A model generated the notes under the pieces. It was not told the DNA's origin, ran no database searches, and saw only the letters and a list, made by a program, of their open reading frames with translations. A DNA stretch of 64,000 bases from positions 16,994 through 80,993 of the IMG/VR virus record IMGVR_UViG_2931369376_000001; one strand, written 5' to 3'. Of this stretch, positions 1 to 9,674 are shown piece by piece (the stretch's first letter is position 1; each line of letters opens with the position of its first letter). Source of the stretch: a virus (Duplodnaviria > Caudoviricetes). The position numbers were made by a program, and so were the translations under genes.

Positions 1-2043
1 GTTCACCAGGTCAACACCCAGCTTCTTGCCCATTTCCTCGTATTGGGCTCGCCCGGTGAGTTGCAGCGCGCCACGCCCACGGAATTTGTAGCCGTCGCCT
101 GGATCCTTGTTTCCCATGCGCCCGCCATAGACCTTGTTGGCGATCGCCTCGGGGTTGCCGGCGTCCGCGCGGGCGTCATCGGCGTTTTTGTAATACTTGG
201 GGAACACTTCCTGTAGGCGTTTGGCGCTGTAATTTAGGTTCTCTTCTGTTTTGGTGAAGCCCCCCGACTCATGGTCAACGTTAGCCATCAACATGGCCTT
301 GGATTTGGGGTCTGTGATGCCACCCGCGTCCATGGCCTGGATCAGCTGGTCCTTAGCCGCGCTGGAGCCGCCCGAGCCATAGCGCCCGCCCGAGGCTTTG
401 TAGAGGATGTTTGAGCCAGCATCCGCGACTTCAGTAACCTTGTCGCCGGCGTAATCCTTGGTGTCCTGCCACGCGTCGGCGGCGGTGTCCTTCCATTCAG
501 CCACTTTGTCCGTGACTGCCTTCCAGGTATCGCGTGCCCAGTCGGCCATACTGGTTATCGCGTCGGTGCCGGCGGTCACCAGGCCGGACCATCCCTCTTT
601 GACGTAATCGAATGCCGCGCCCGCTGCCTTTGATGCGGTGTCGGCCAGGCCCGTGAACGTCGAACTGATGGTGGACAACACAGAATCGAAGTCCACCGTT
701 GCAAGCCACTCGCCCACCATCCCGCCGAGCTTTTCGCCGATGAGGCCGCCAGCGATCGCGCCCGCCGGGCCGCCAAGCATGCCCAGTACGCCACCAACCA
801 GGCCGCCTACCCCACCACCGACGCTGCCCCATTTGTTTGTCTTGTTGTCTTGCGCCGACATCTCTGGATCATCGTCGGCCATAACGTCAGAGGCGACCAT
901 CAGGCCGCCGATCAGCGCGCCGATAACAGGAATTTTGCGCAGCAGGCCTTTACCCATCCTGAGCGCGCCACCGCCTGCGCTCTTCGCCATGCCTTTGAGC
1001 CCACCTCCCTTGCCTTCCGCCCTGCCCGCGCGGCTGCCAGACGCCTTGCCGGGCTTTTCCTTTCCGTCAACGCCAGGCACCGCCTGATCCGCCATTGTTT
1101 TGCCTGATCGCCTCGCGCTTCGACCTCTCCCTCCCCGGTCAGCCGCGTCACCGCCACGCCGAGCGGCACGACGGGAGCGCCCAGGCAAGAGGCTACCGGC
1201 TGCTTTCAGCAGACGCCCGGCACCCAGCAACCGGGCAAGCGCTTTGAATGGCGCCAGCACCGCGCCAACGAGCGCCAGCAACATCCCGAGCATGCCACCC
1301 AGTCCACCACGCCCCTTGCCCTTGTTGGCGTCAGCCTGCGTGCGCCAAATGCGCCGCAGCCAGGTGACGTTCTCCCGGTGCTCTTTGGTCTGCTTGGCGT
1401 CCTGGCCACGGCCAAACAACCGTCCCAATGGTTTAAACAGCGACATTGCCGGCGATAGAATACTGCTGACTTCCTTGGCCGCCTGGATAGTGGGGTCAAC
1501 GTTGTCGACGTCGGCGGTGAGCTTGCTGCCCATGTCCCGCGCCGCTTCGACGATTGAACCGCCGATAGCGCGAGCTGCGCCGGCATCCATGGAGCGCGCG
1601 CCGTCGCTTCCATTACCGCTATTTACCGCGGCCTTGGCGCTAAATCGTCCTGATGCGTCACGCTGGACGGTGTTAGGTACCTGCTCCTTTCCAGGGGCTG
1701 CCGTTGGGGCCTGTTCCTCCGCACGCCTTGCTCCTGGTTGCCGAGGCGTCACCGCCATTAGAGTGGTTGGCTCCGTTGCACGCTCGCTACGACTGGACCC
1801 TGCTCGGGAGCGTGGCTCTGGGTCGTTGGCCGCGCGCCCCACAGGAATTGCATGGCGGGCGCCAGTTGGCTCAGGTTGTACCGTGGCCAGGCCTCTGCTC
1901 AGCTGGCCAAGACGCTTGGCTATGTCGCTGGTGTTGCTTTCGATTTGGCGCAGCAGGCTCAGCTCTTGCGCCAGCTGCTCCACCTCGTCGGCGATGCTCT
2001 CACCACGCAGAAAACCCGTCGAAGCGTCATGTTCAAGTGCCAT
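1..2043 (-). CDS. Tape-measure/Sit-like protein with GH19 muramidase domain (runs off the window edge)
   Basis: My translation from ATG 2043 (MALEHDASTGFLRGE...) is open to position 1. It has Gly/Ala-rich hydrophobic segments, then HESGGF..TEENLNYSA..ANKVYGGRMGN..GDGYKFRGRGALQLTGR, which is a GH19 signature. Absent from the ORF track because there is no stop in the window. Confidence 0.78.
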   Translation of the reverse strand, partial: MALEHDASTGFLRGESIADEVEQLAQELSLLRQIESNTSDIAKRLGQLSRGLATVQPEPTGARHAIPVGRAANDPEPRSRAGSSRSERATEPTTLMAVTPRQPGARRAEEQAPTAAPGKEQVPNTVQRDASGRFSAKAAVNSGNGSDGARSMDAGAARAIGGSIVEAARDMGSKLTADVDNVDPTIQAAKEVSSILSPAMSLFKPLGRLFGRGQDAKQTKEHRENVTWLRRIWRTQADANKGKGRGGLGGMLGMLLALVGAVLAPFKALARLLGAGRLLKAAGSLLPGRSRRAARRGGDAADRGGRGRSARRSGKTMADQAVPGVDGKEKPGKASGSRAGRAEGKGGGLKGMAKSAGGGALRMGKGLLRKIPVIGALIGGLMVASDVMADDDPEMSAQDNKTNKWGSVGGGVGGLVGGVLGMLGGPAGAIAGGLIGEKLGGMVGEWLATVDFDSVLSTISSTFTGLADTASKAAGAAFDYVKEGWSGLVTAGTDAITSMADWARDTWKAVTDKVAEWKDTAADAWQDTKDYAGDKVTEVADAGSNILYKASGGRYGSGGSSAAKDQLIQAMDAGGITDPKSKAMLMANVDHESGGFTKTEENLNYSAKRLQEVFPKYYKNADDARADAGNPEAIANKVYGGRMGNKDPGDGYKFRGRGALQLTGRAQYEEMGKKLGVDLVN

Positions 2044-2046
2044 GGC

Positions 2047-2955
2047 TTAGTGACCCCTGATCACGGAATCGACAACCGACAGCGCCTTTTTCACGCCGCT
2101 GGCCACGGCGGCGATCGCGCCCTTGTCCTCTTTTTCGGGTTCAGCCTGGTAGCCCGGCAGTTCGGGGGTCAACATGAACCGGTTGGCGCTGTCGAGCATA
2201 TCGGCGCCGATGTTCATATTGATCCCGCGCTCCATCACCGCCGGCGCGCTGTCGAGCATAGGCGCCTCGATTTTGGCCTGGCGCAGACGCTCCAGTAGCC
2301 GCGCGTTGTGTTCCACCAGCTCATCGTTGATCTTGCACTGCGCCAGGTAGTCGGTGCTGATCGATGCGGCAAAGGCGTCCGATTCCTTGATCATCGAATC
2401 CACAGAGTCCAGCAATGCAGCGTTTTCCGACGCGAACGTGTCTACCGACGCAAAAACGCCTGGTGCCACGCTGTCGAGCATCACCGCATAGCCGCGGTTG
2501 TCGTCATAGTTGGGAGCGCGCACCAGGTCCATGCCGAAGTACCCCTTGGGCACGCGCACACCGCCTTCCTCTGGCGCGTAGATGGCCGAACTGAAGCCAT
2601 AGGCCTTGCTACCCCACAGGCGTTCGCCGACGCGGCCCGGGGCGGTATCCAGAAACTCTTGCTCGTGTTCTACGTCACCGTTGGGATAGCACTTGAGGTA
2701 GATCGTGCGCACCGCCGGCTCCAGCACCACCGGCTTGCCGTCAACAATCACCGTTTCAGGCACATCGAGTGTGTATTTCTCCCGGTACTGGTGACCGATA
2801 TAACCCACCACGTCGCCTTTCTGGATCGCTTCCTGGGTGGCAGCACCGTTGAACAGGCGCATGGCGGCGTCGATATCGATCTTGCGCGGCTGGCCGGTGA
2901 AGCTGCGCCCGATGTTGTTCAAGTTGTAGCGAATAACGCCCGTGCGCTTACCCAT
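2047..2955 (-). CDS. pro: Prohead protease (P1 Pro-like)
   Basis: GYIGH..VPET..DGKPVV.EPAVRT..NGDVEHEQEFLDT.PG..GFSSA resembles P1 Pro. Lies directly downstream of the portal gene, as in P1. Confidence 0.75.
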   Translation of the reverse strand: MGKRTGVIRYNLNNIGRSFTGQPRKIDIDAAMRLFNGAATQEAIQKGDVVGYIGHQYREKYTLDVPETVIVDGKPVVLEPAVRTIYLKCYPNGDVEHEQEFLDTAPGRVGERLWGSKAYGFSSAIYAPEEGGVRVPKGYFGMDLVRAPNYDDNRGYAVMLDSVAPGVFASVDTFASENAALLDSVDSMIKESDAFAASISTDYLAQCKINDELVEHNARLLERLRQAKIEAPMLDSAPAVMERGINMNIGADMLDSANRFMLTPELPGYQAEPEKEDKGAIAAVASGVKKALSVVDSVIRGH

Positions 2956-4570
2956 TCTTTCCGTCCTCTTCTTCGTTGTCGGCGCCAGCCACTGGGGGCA
3001 GATCGATGTCGTTGTCTCCGCCGCCGAAGCCTGGTTGCGCCGGTGGCTTGGCGTTGGCCAGGCCCTTGGCGAACATGTCAGCCGCCTCCTGGTCGAGTTC
3101 TGCTGTCTTGGCCAGCATGTAGGCGTTGGTTTTTTCGTCCATGCCGATATCGCGCATCTGCGCCAGGATCTGGACCAGGATCGCGGCCTTGTTCATGGCC
3201 TTCTCGGAGCTGGCTTGCTTTTCAGCCTCCAGCGCCGCGATACCGCCGTAGAAATTGATCGTGTAGGGGCGTTCGGAGTCCGGCCAGCACTTGCCGTACT
3301 TGGCCATCATGTGGCGGTCTATGGTGTCGTTGCAGGTCTTGGTGTAGCTGGTGCGCAGCATCCTGGCGCGCTCGGCGCCTTGGCTGCTAGTGCGGTTGAA
3401 TCCGCCGTCACCCAGGCCACCCGACAGCTGATCGGCAAAGCCCAGCATGGAAATGTCGGTACCGAGGGTGCCCGCCAGCTTCTTGGCATGGAACAGCACA
3501 TCCTCGACGCCCAGGTTCTGGCCGTTGGCGCCTGATGCGATGGCGCTCACCTGGGTCAGCTGCTTTTCGTTCCAGACCGGCATGATGTTGAAGTTGCGCG
3601 ACGTCGAGTAAACGCCCTCTTCCACCTGCTTGTGCGCCCGGGCCTTCATTTCCGTGAGCATCTTGGTGGTGTTTTCGAGAATCTTGGCGCGTTGCTCCTT
3701 GGTAGTGTCCGCCATGTTCATCGTCAGCAGCACTTCCTCGATGGAGCTGGCGATACGCTGCCCGACCAAACCGCGCAAGGCGGAATACAGGTTGTCGAAG
3801 TCCTGCTCTGCCGCTTCCAGCAGGGAGCCGCCCACCAGCGCCGGGAGCGGCATGATGTTGCGCAGGTCAGTGGCTTCGAGATTGATCTTCTGTGCGTTCT
3901 CGATGGCCTTCATCTGCGGCAGCATCAGCATGCGCGGCATCTTCAGGCGCACCATGTCCATATGGCTGACGCGGCTCTGTAGCTTCTCGCCCAGGCTCAC
4001 GACATAGCCAACAGTCCGGCCCAGTTCCTCGTATGGCTGCACCAGGGGCGAAAAGAGTGATTCATGGTCGAACGCCACCAGGCCTTCGCCCTTGACGGTG
4101 TACAGCCGCGCATAGGCATCGCCAAACCCGCCGGCGTTAAAGCCCATGGAGTGCGCACTGTCGTTGAGCATTTTGATGACCGGCGCCAGCTCGTCGACCA
4201 TCTTCTGGTCACCGCGGGAGATTCTTGGCTTTGCCTCCAGGAACACGGTTTCTCCTGTGGTTTCATGCCCGCCCAGCGCCATCTGGATGTTGTTGCGCAA
4301 GGCCGTGGAAATAAGGCCTTCCTGCATCATGAAGTGGTACTTCATGTAGATTTGCGAGCGGGTGCGCACTGGCTTGCCGGAGTTGCCCAGCAGCATTTCA
4401 ATGCCGACATAATCCGAATCGAACGTGTCCACCTGAGCCAAGCGGCTCATAGCCTGCTGATTGGCCTGGCTGGCGCTCATATCGGATAGTTGGCCGCCCA
4501 GGATTAGATCCCGCGCACCGCCGACCAGACGCGCCACCAGGCCTTTTGGGGATTCAGTTGAATTGGCCAT
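2948..4570 (-). CDS. prt: Portal protein (P1 Prt-like)
   Basis: 540 aa, coupled to pro, with RxxIYxxYxxM and GGLGDGGFxRTS motifs and an acidic C-terminal tail. Confidence 0.72.
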   Translation of the reverse strand: MANSTESPKGLVARLVGGARDLILGGQLSDMSASQANQQAMSRLAQVDTFDSDYVGIEMLLGNSGKPVRTRSQIYMKYHFMMQEGLISTALRNNIQMALGGHETTGETVFLEAKPRISRGDQKMVDELAPVIKMLNDSAHSMGFNAGGFGDAYARLYTVKGEGLVAFDHESLFSPLVQPYEELGRTVGYVVSLGEKLQSRVSHMDMVRLKMPRMLMLPQMKAIENAQKINLEATDLRNIMPLPALVGGSLLEAAEQDFDNLYSALRGLVGQRIASSIEEVLLTMNMADTTKEQRAKILENTTKMLTEMKARAHKQVEEGVYSTSRNFNIMPVWNEKQLTQVSAIASGANGQNLGVEDVLFHAKKLAGTLGTDISMLGFADQLSGGLGDGGFNRTSSQGAERARMLRTSYTKTCNDTIDRHMMAKYGKCWPDSERPYTINFYGGIAALEAEKQASSEKAMNKAAILVQILAQMRDIGMDEKTNAYMLAKTAELDQEAADMFAKGLANAKPPAQPGFGGGDNDIDLPPVAGADNEEEDGKNG

Positions 4571-4675
4571 TCACGTACACACAGAGGCTTGAGTTAACCT
4601 CCAGCGTACAGGCGCCATCGGGCGCTTTGCGGTGCTGGTTTGCCTGCCCTGGACGGCAAAGACCCGAGCGTTTGA

Positions 4676-5314
4676 TTAACTCACGGCGAGCCGATCAGCC
4701 GGGTACTGGCGCAGGAAATCGAAGCTTTCATGCGCTGGCGCCGTCAACCAGTCCCGATACAGGCCTTTGGGCAATATCACCACCATGCGCTTCTCGTCGT
4801 CGGGCTTGTGGTAGTTGCGCATAAATTCGTGGTCATCGGCGTTGACGGTCAACATGGTGTAGCTGTGCAACACCTGGCTCGACGCTGGATCGCGCCAGCG
4901 CTCCCACAGGCCTGCAATACCCATCGGCTCACCGTCTGCCCGGACGATGCGCGTAGCGATGGCCTTACCCGTTCGCCAATCCGGCTCATAGATTGCCGCC
5001 GCCGGGATAATGCAGTGCTGGGCCCGACGCCAGGCGTTTCTGTAGGAAGGCTTCTCGGCTACGGTTTCGGAGCGGGCGTTATACGTGCGCCGGGCAAGCT
5101 TGGTGTCTTTGCTCCAGGTCGGAATCAGGCCAAAGGAACCCGGCATTACCTCTGCCGCCTGCGTGGCGCCCTCCCCGTCCTGTTCGGGATCGATTGCGCG
5201 AATGAATGGACCCAGGTACCCAGGCCACAGGTCTGTCTTGGTCTGCTCTGGCAGTGCCAGGCCGAACGCCATCCTCAGTTGCGCCGCTGTAGGCGCTTCG
5301 TAGTGGCTGCACAT
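4676..5314 (-). CDS. SRAP/HMCES family abasic-site protein
   Basis: N-terminal MCSHY (catalytic Cys2), TYNARSETV.EKPSYR.AW, FYEP-like IYEP, MGIAGLWE, H.PDDEKRMVVIL. Confidence 0.9.
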   Translation of the reverse strand: MCSHYEAPTAAQLRMAFGLALPEQTKTDLWPGYLGPFIRAIDPEQDGEGATQAAEVMPGSFGLIPTWSKDTKLARRTYNARSETVAEKPSYRNAWRRAQHCIIPAAAIYEPDWRTGKAIATRIVRADGEPMGIAGLWERWRDPASSQVLHSYTMLTVNADDHEFMRNYHKPDDEKRMVVILPKGLYRDWLTAPAHESFDFLRQYPADRLAVS

Positions 5315-5356
5315 AGTTCCCCCCTCTCGCTTACGCCCAGCCACGCCCACCAGGTG

Positions 5357-5866
5357 CTATTCGTCCAGATCCTCACTGGCCGCCTCATCTGGCCGCGGGT
5401 TGAGCAGGTACTTGCGAGTATACGGCGGGATATTCACGTTGCCGGTAACGTCGACGATCTCAAAATTGATAATTACCCCTTCACCCATGAGCACAGCCAC
5501 CAGCATGCGCTTACCTGGTTGAACGTAGCCGCTGGTACCGGGCTCGGCCAGGGGCTCAATTGAGGCCTCAAGAACACCTTCAGCGTAGTCCAGGCGGCTG
5601 CTGTCATCGGAGGTGTTGCCCAGCGGTGCGGCGTAGCCTTGTGAGAAGTGGATCATCGCTTCGCCAGTCTCAACCCACTCATAGGCTGCCTCATCCTCAT
5701 CGCTCATCACGCCAAGCGGGCCGATGGTTGGGTAGCCGTCCGCCGTCTGGTCATCGCTGGTGCGGGTCACTTTCTTGTCAAAGAGCACGCATGGGATGGC
5801 GTTGGGCTCGCGCAAGGTGCGCTGGCGATTCGCCCGGTTTATCTGGATGGCCACGTTGTTGAGCAT
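5357..5866 (-). CDS. Putative virion morphogenesis (head-tail) protein
   Basis: 169 aa in an operon with other structural genes, downstream of a late-promoter motif. Confidence 0.45.
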   Translation of the reverse strand: MLNNVAIQINRANRQRTLREPNAIPCVLFDKKVTRTSDDQTADGYPTIGPLGVMSDEDEAAYEWVETGEAMIHFSQGYAAPLGNTSDDSSRLDYAEGVLEASIEPLAEPGTSGYVQPGKRMLVAVLMGEGVIINFEIVDVTGNVNIPPYTRKYLLNPRPDEAASEDLDE

Positions 5867-5869
5867 GTC

Positions 5870-6979
5870 TTACCCCTTTACCTTTTCCACTGCGCTGAGC
5901 GCTGCGGCGATCTGTTTCGCGCTGAAGCCTTGAGCCTGCATGGCTGCCATGAGCGCCTGGTGCTGGACGCTGGAGGCCTTCCTGTTCACCTGTGAGGCTT
6001 TACTGGCGCGCAGCCGGTCATTGGCCGCCTTCACCCTTCGCGCCTCCTGCTGGCGCTGGTACGACGGCTGTGCCTGGCGCTGTGCCTTCTGCTCTTCAGC
6101 CGTTTTGATGACCGTCCCGCGCTTGGCCTTTTGGCGATCGCGCAGCGCCTGCTCAATGAATGCCTGCTGTTCGGCCACAGTGACGGGGGTTTGCTTATTG
6201 CTCAGGGTGCGCCGACCGGTTTCGATCATGCGCTTGGCGAACAGGTTGAATGTCGCCCCGGCGTTGATGGTGGCCATCACGCGAATGACGTGCTTGCAGG
6301 CAATCCCCATGAGTTTGGGGTTTCGGATGCGTGGGAAGCCGTCCTCAGGGCGTCCATAGTTGAAACTTCCGATGCTGGCGATATAGCGGTACCAATACGT
6401 GTGTCGCCCACAGTCACAATCGAATTTCAGCTTGCCCGCCAGCATTCGCCGCGCGGCCTCCAGGGCAGTGTTGCCATCCGCCAGCACCTTGTCGTAGTCC
6501 AGGAACTGCACCATGACGTGGTGGCGCGCTACGTCCGACTTCGCGCTGGCATTGGTCTGGATGTGCACGACACCGCCGCGGTTGCTGACGGGGATAACGG
6601 TATGGATTTCACGGCTGGCGCGCCCACGGTCATCCGGTGATGACAGGTTGATCACCTGCTTGGCCAGGATCCCGCCGCCGGCACCGGAGACGGGCACGTT
6701 GCCCTTGCGCTGACCATGCCGACGCTGAATGTCGTGGACCGCGGCCCGGAACGCTATCAAATCGTCGCGCGTCAGCGGCCTGAACTCACCGCCGAGAGTC
6801 GTGAACAGCCCCCGCTTGGGGTCGTACAGGCCGGCCATATCGTCGGCGGACAGAATGGCGTTCTGGTCCCCGATCCGCTGCGCGCGGTCAGCCTCGAAAC
6901 GTCTGCGGGCCTCCGCGCTCAGCTTGTTCGCAGCGACCACCAGCGTGTCGCGGGGGCGGGCTCCCTTCTTGGCAGCCAT
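5870..6979 (-). CDS. SWIM-type zinc-finger morphogenesis protein (P1-like)
   Basis: CDCGRHTYWYRY...NPKLMGIACKHV gives a CxC...CxH motif. Confidence 0.55.
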   Translation of the reverse strand: MAAKKGARPRDTLVVAANKLSAEARRRFEADRAQRIGDQNAILSADDMAGLYDPKRGLFTTLGGEFRPLTRDDLIAFRAAVHDIQRRHGQRKGNVPVSGAGGGILAKQVINLSSPDDRGRASREIHTVIPVSNRGGVVHIQTNASAKSDVARHHVMVQFLDYDKVLADGNTALEAARRMLAGKLKFDCDCGRHTYWYRYIASIGSFNYGRPEDGFPRIRNPKLMGIACKHVIRVMATINAGATFNLFAKRMIETGRRTLSNKQTPVTVAEQQAFIEQALRDRQKAKRGTVIKTAEEQKAQRQAQPSYQRQQEARRVKAANDRLRASKASQVNRKASSVQHQALMAAMQAQGFSAKQIAAALSAVEKVKG

Positions 6980-7275
6980 CAGCGGACCGACCTGGTAGCC
7001 GTGACGATGCCGGCTTTTTGCTTGAGATAAGCCAGGTGTTCTTTGGTGGGCAGCACCACGTCTTGCTCCACCAGCTCGCTGTCTACCGTCGACAATCCAG
7101 CAGCGGCCATAACCACCAGCGTTTCAGTAGCATCACCGTAGACGCGCAGCGCCATCATCGGCAGGTGATAGCGCTCACTCGGGAAGCTGCGCACTACCTG
7201 GCGGCGGGACGAATAGGACGGCTCGGTCAGTGCGAACTTGCGCACCTCCAGATAAAACCGGGCTTCGGGGATCAT
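6979..7275 (-). CDS. Small baseplate wedge protein (LysM/tail-X/gp53-like)
   Basis: ERY..P.MALRVYGD....VVMAAAGL....ELVEQ.VVLPT pattern. Confidence 0.5.
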   Translation of the reverse strand: MIPEARFYLEVRKFALTEPSYSSRRQVVRSFPSERYHLPMMALRVYGDATETLVVMAAAGLSTVDSELVEQDVVLPTKEHLAYLKQKAGIVTATRSVR

Positions 7276-7369
7276 TGGGCGGCCTCTGTGAACACCCGGG
7301 AATTATCCGGGCATCACCAGCGGCGCCGGCGAGGCACTTTGCGCGACTCGAGGACTTTGAGACAGGCCG

Positions 7370-7400
7370 AAAAAAACCGCCCCAGCCGAAGCCAGGGCGG
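7370..7400 (-). terminator. Intrinsic terminator after the small peptide ORF
   Basis: CCGCCC/GGGCGG stem followed by U7 on the minus strand. Confidence 0.75.
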
Positions 7401-7416
7401 CCCCACCTATCAGACC

Positions 7417-7515
7417 TTACAGGCCATCAAAGTAGTCTCGCAGCAGTTCGTATGTGTGATGAACACGCACACAAACCACCACGAAGTCCCACGCACGTCT
7501 TAACAACTTAGACAT
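7417..7515 (-). CDS. 32-aa peptide, candidate type I toxin (MSKLLRRAWDFVVVCVRVHHTYELLRDYFDGL)
   Basis: AGGAGG SD 7 nt before the ATG, partly sequestered in an ACGGCCC/GGGCCGT hairpin. Has its own terminator. Confidence 0.65.
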   Translation of the reverse strand: MSKLLRRAWDFVVVCVRVHHTYELLRDYFDGL

Positions 7516-7911
7516 ACACGGCCCTCCTGTTGCTGGGCCGTCCTCCAGCACGCTTACCGGAACACGCGTGCCTTCGGGACACTTCACCAAGCGTTCCCTG
7601 TGAGGCGGCTGGGCTGATGGCCTCCCAAAACATCCTCCGGCACGGGTTCCTAATCCGTGAAGGGAGGGCCAAAATTCGCGCGCAGGCCCGGCCAACTCAA
7701 AGGTGACGCACGCGGAACGGCCCCATCTTACCCCATAAATCTTCAGGTAATGCGCGGCGCCGTGGCTCATTTTGCTAGACTGCCCGCAAGGCTTCTTGGT
7801 GTTTTATAAAACGTTATTTCCGGGCACCTATACCCGCCCAAGCCGATCACGGGAAAACGCCCCCTAAACGATGACAGGCGATTAACGGGAGTGAAGCAGC
7901 GTTATTCCCCA

Positions 7912-7940
7912 TTGCGTCATTGATCAAATGTGAATAACAT
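7912..7940 (+). promoter_or_regulatory. Sigma70 promoter for the sRNA
   Basis: TTGCGT-17 nt-TAACAT. Confidence 0.6.
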
Positions 7941-7946
7941 TATCTC

Positions 7947-8033
7947 CACACCAAGCGTTCCCTGTGAGCGAGCAAGCCCAACCCCTAATTGGATTTGCAA
8001 AGAAAGACCGCCTCTCCTAAGGCGGTTTTTTTT
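7947..8033 (+). ncRNA. Candidate trans-acting antitoxin sRNA (~87 nt)
   Basis: Lies between the promoter and an ACCGCCT/AGGCGGT+U7 terminator. Positions 7949-7968 are identical to 7585-7604, so they are complementary to the peptide mRNA leader. Confidence 0.65.
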
Positions 8034-8353
8034 CGCCTGCATTTTCCCCGGCCAGACAAAACAAACCCCGCACAAGGCGGGGCAATGTCCAACAGACGCG
8101 CTACTCCTGGTCCTGCCACTTCCTGTGCGGCCAGGTCTTATCGGTATATGCCATGGCGGCTTCCCTGCTGCTGAAGCGCCTGCGCATCACCTTGTCAGGG
8201 TGCCCTTTGTCCTTGGGATCGCCCGTGATGTAGGGCGCCCAGGCCAACCAATAGTCAGCTTCAGGCTCATCATTCCAGCCATGGGCTGCGAAGCCCCTGC
8301 GCCGTCAACTCGCGTCCAGCTGCTTGGCCGGAACTCACTCCACAGCGACACCT

Positions 8354-9154
8354 CTAGCCCGCCATCAGGGTGGCGCCATCGGCACCTTTCAGTCGCTCAC
8401 TCTCTTCGTCCAGGCATAGCAAGCACAGGGCCTCAAGCTCACGTTCTATCCGGTCGCCGGGCTTTGTCAGCGCGATGAGGCCCCGTCTATCCACATGAGG
8501 GGCCATACGTGCCATTTGGCTCGCCAGCGTTTCAATGGGCGGGCACTTGATCGCCTTCATGATGGCGCCCTGCTTGTAGCGGTCGAACGTCAACGCGTAG
8601 CCGTCCAGGTACTGGGCGCGTAATGGTTCGCTTTCGGGGCGGCACTGAAGGTTAACGGAGTCCCAGGTAAAGCTGAGCGACGGCATGCGATTCAGCAAGC
8701 GCGGGAGGTCGCAGCACCACGAAAGCCCGTGAATCAAGACACGAGGTGACTCAAGCGCGGAGGCATAGACCGCCAGCTTTTGCACATAGGCTTCCTGCTT
8801 GTCGTAGTCCACGCTCCCGTTAACTGTTCGATCGCTCAGCAACACCGCCCGCCGGCGCCCGCCAGTGCTTCGAGCTGGGGCCACGATGAAGTGGAAGGCG
8901 TAGAACCGGTATCCGTCGCACAGCACGGTAATGAGGTGTTCGAACGCTTCCCCAGGCTTGATTGGACCGTCCGCCAGCGCGGCCTCTACCAATCCGGGCA
9001 CGTCGCTTGGCTTCAGCGAAGGGCCCGCCGGGCGGTATTTCTTTCTGTAGCTGTCATATGGCGTGGCCGCTGGAACCTTGGAGTAAGGAACCTTGCTGAG
9101 TTGCCCCGTGCGCGCACGGAATGCCAGGTTATCGTCGTGCCGGCTGCGCTTCAT
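8354..9154 (-). CDS. Hypothetical protein (266 aa)
   Basis: ATGA-coupled to the LytTR gene; no family recognised. Confidence 0.6.
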   Translation of the reverse strand: MKRSRHDDNLAFRARTGQLSKVPYSKVPAATPYDSYRKKYRPAGPSLKPSDVPGLVEAALADGPIKPGEAFEHLITVLCDGYRFYAFHFIVAPARSTGGRRRAVLLSDRTVNGSVDYDKQEAYVQKLAVYASALESPRVLIHGLSWCCDLPRLLNRMPSLSFTWDSVNLQCRPESEPLRAQYLDGYALTFDRYKQGAIMKAIKCPPIETLASQMARMAPHVDRRGLIALTKPGDRIERELEALCLLCLDEESERLKGADGATLMAG

Positions 9155-9543
9155 GCTGCCACCTGCTGCGCGTTGTCTTGCGCTGCGTGGAAATCGGCGT
9201 GGCGGGTGTAGGTCACTTTTTTGCACTTGCGGGAAACTGGGAACTCCCGCCCACCGACCCGGCAGAAATAATCCCGTGTGACGGCTCTCGGCTTGGTTCG
9301 CCGTTCATTGCGAGCGCTCAGGCTCTCGATTGCGCCCACACGCACCAAGCTGGCGCGGTGTATCCGGACCAGGCCCTGGTCGCCGGCCTCGATCATCTTG
9401 AGCGCGTGATCGCCGGTAAGCATCCACTCCACACCGTCGACGTCCAGCGCCGACACGTATTTATCGTCAGCCCAAAAGGCGACGAACACCGAGGAATCCA
9501 CCTTTTCGGGCCGACGGTGCCAGTTCTTCCTGAAGCGGCGCAC
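9151..9543 (-). CDS. Stand-alone LytTR DNA-binding domain protein
   Basis: LVRIHRASLVRVGAIESL and FPVSR motifs. Confidence 0.65.
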   Translation of the reverse strand: MRRFRKNWHRRPEKVDSSVFVAFWADDKYVSALDVDGVEWMLTGDHALKMIEAGDQGLVRIHRASLVRVGAIESLSARNERRTKPRAVTRDYFCRVGGREFPVSRKCKKVTYTRHADFHAAQDNAQQVAA

Positions 9544-9566
9544 TTCTATAGCGTTACCTCACAAAA

Positions 9567-9578
9567 TATCCCCGGACA
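9567..9578 (-). promoter_or_regulatory. Operator motif TGTCCGGGGATA
   Basis: One of six copies; about 25 nt upstream of the LytTR start. Confidence 0.6.
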
Positions 9579-9674
9579 ATAGATCGCGCTTTTTTGCGCA
9601 AGAATGACCAGAAGCACGGGGTTTGCTTCGTGTCTCCGAAGGAATATACACCAGCAAACAATAAAATGTATGTT

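Noticed and set aside
8100-8350. Minus-strand reading frame WNDEPEADYW...QE* after the 266-aa gene
   Set aside because: There is no convincing start after the upstream in-frame stop; it is at best a remnant.
8354-9154. Ortholog of the P1 C1 repressor (similar size, next to pacB)
   Set aside because: I could not see sequence similarity to C1; it is kept only as an unknown candidate.
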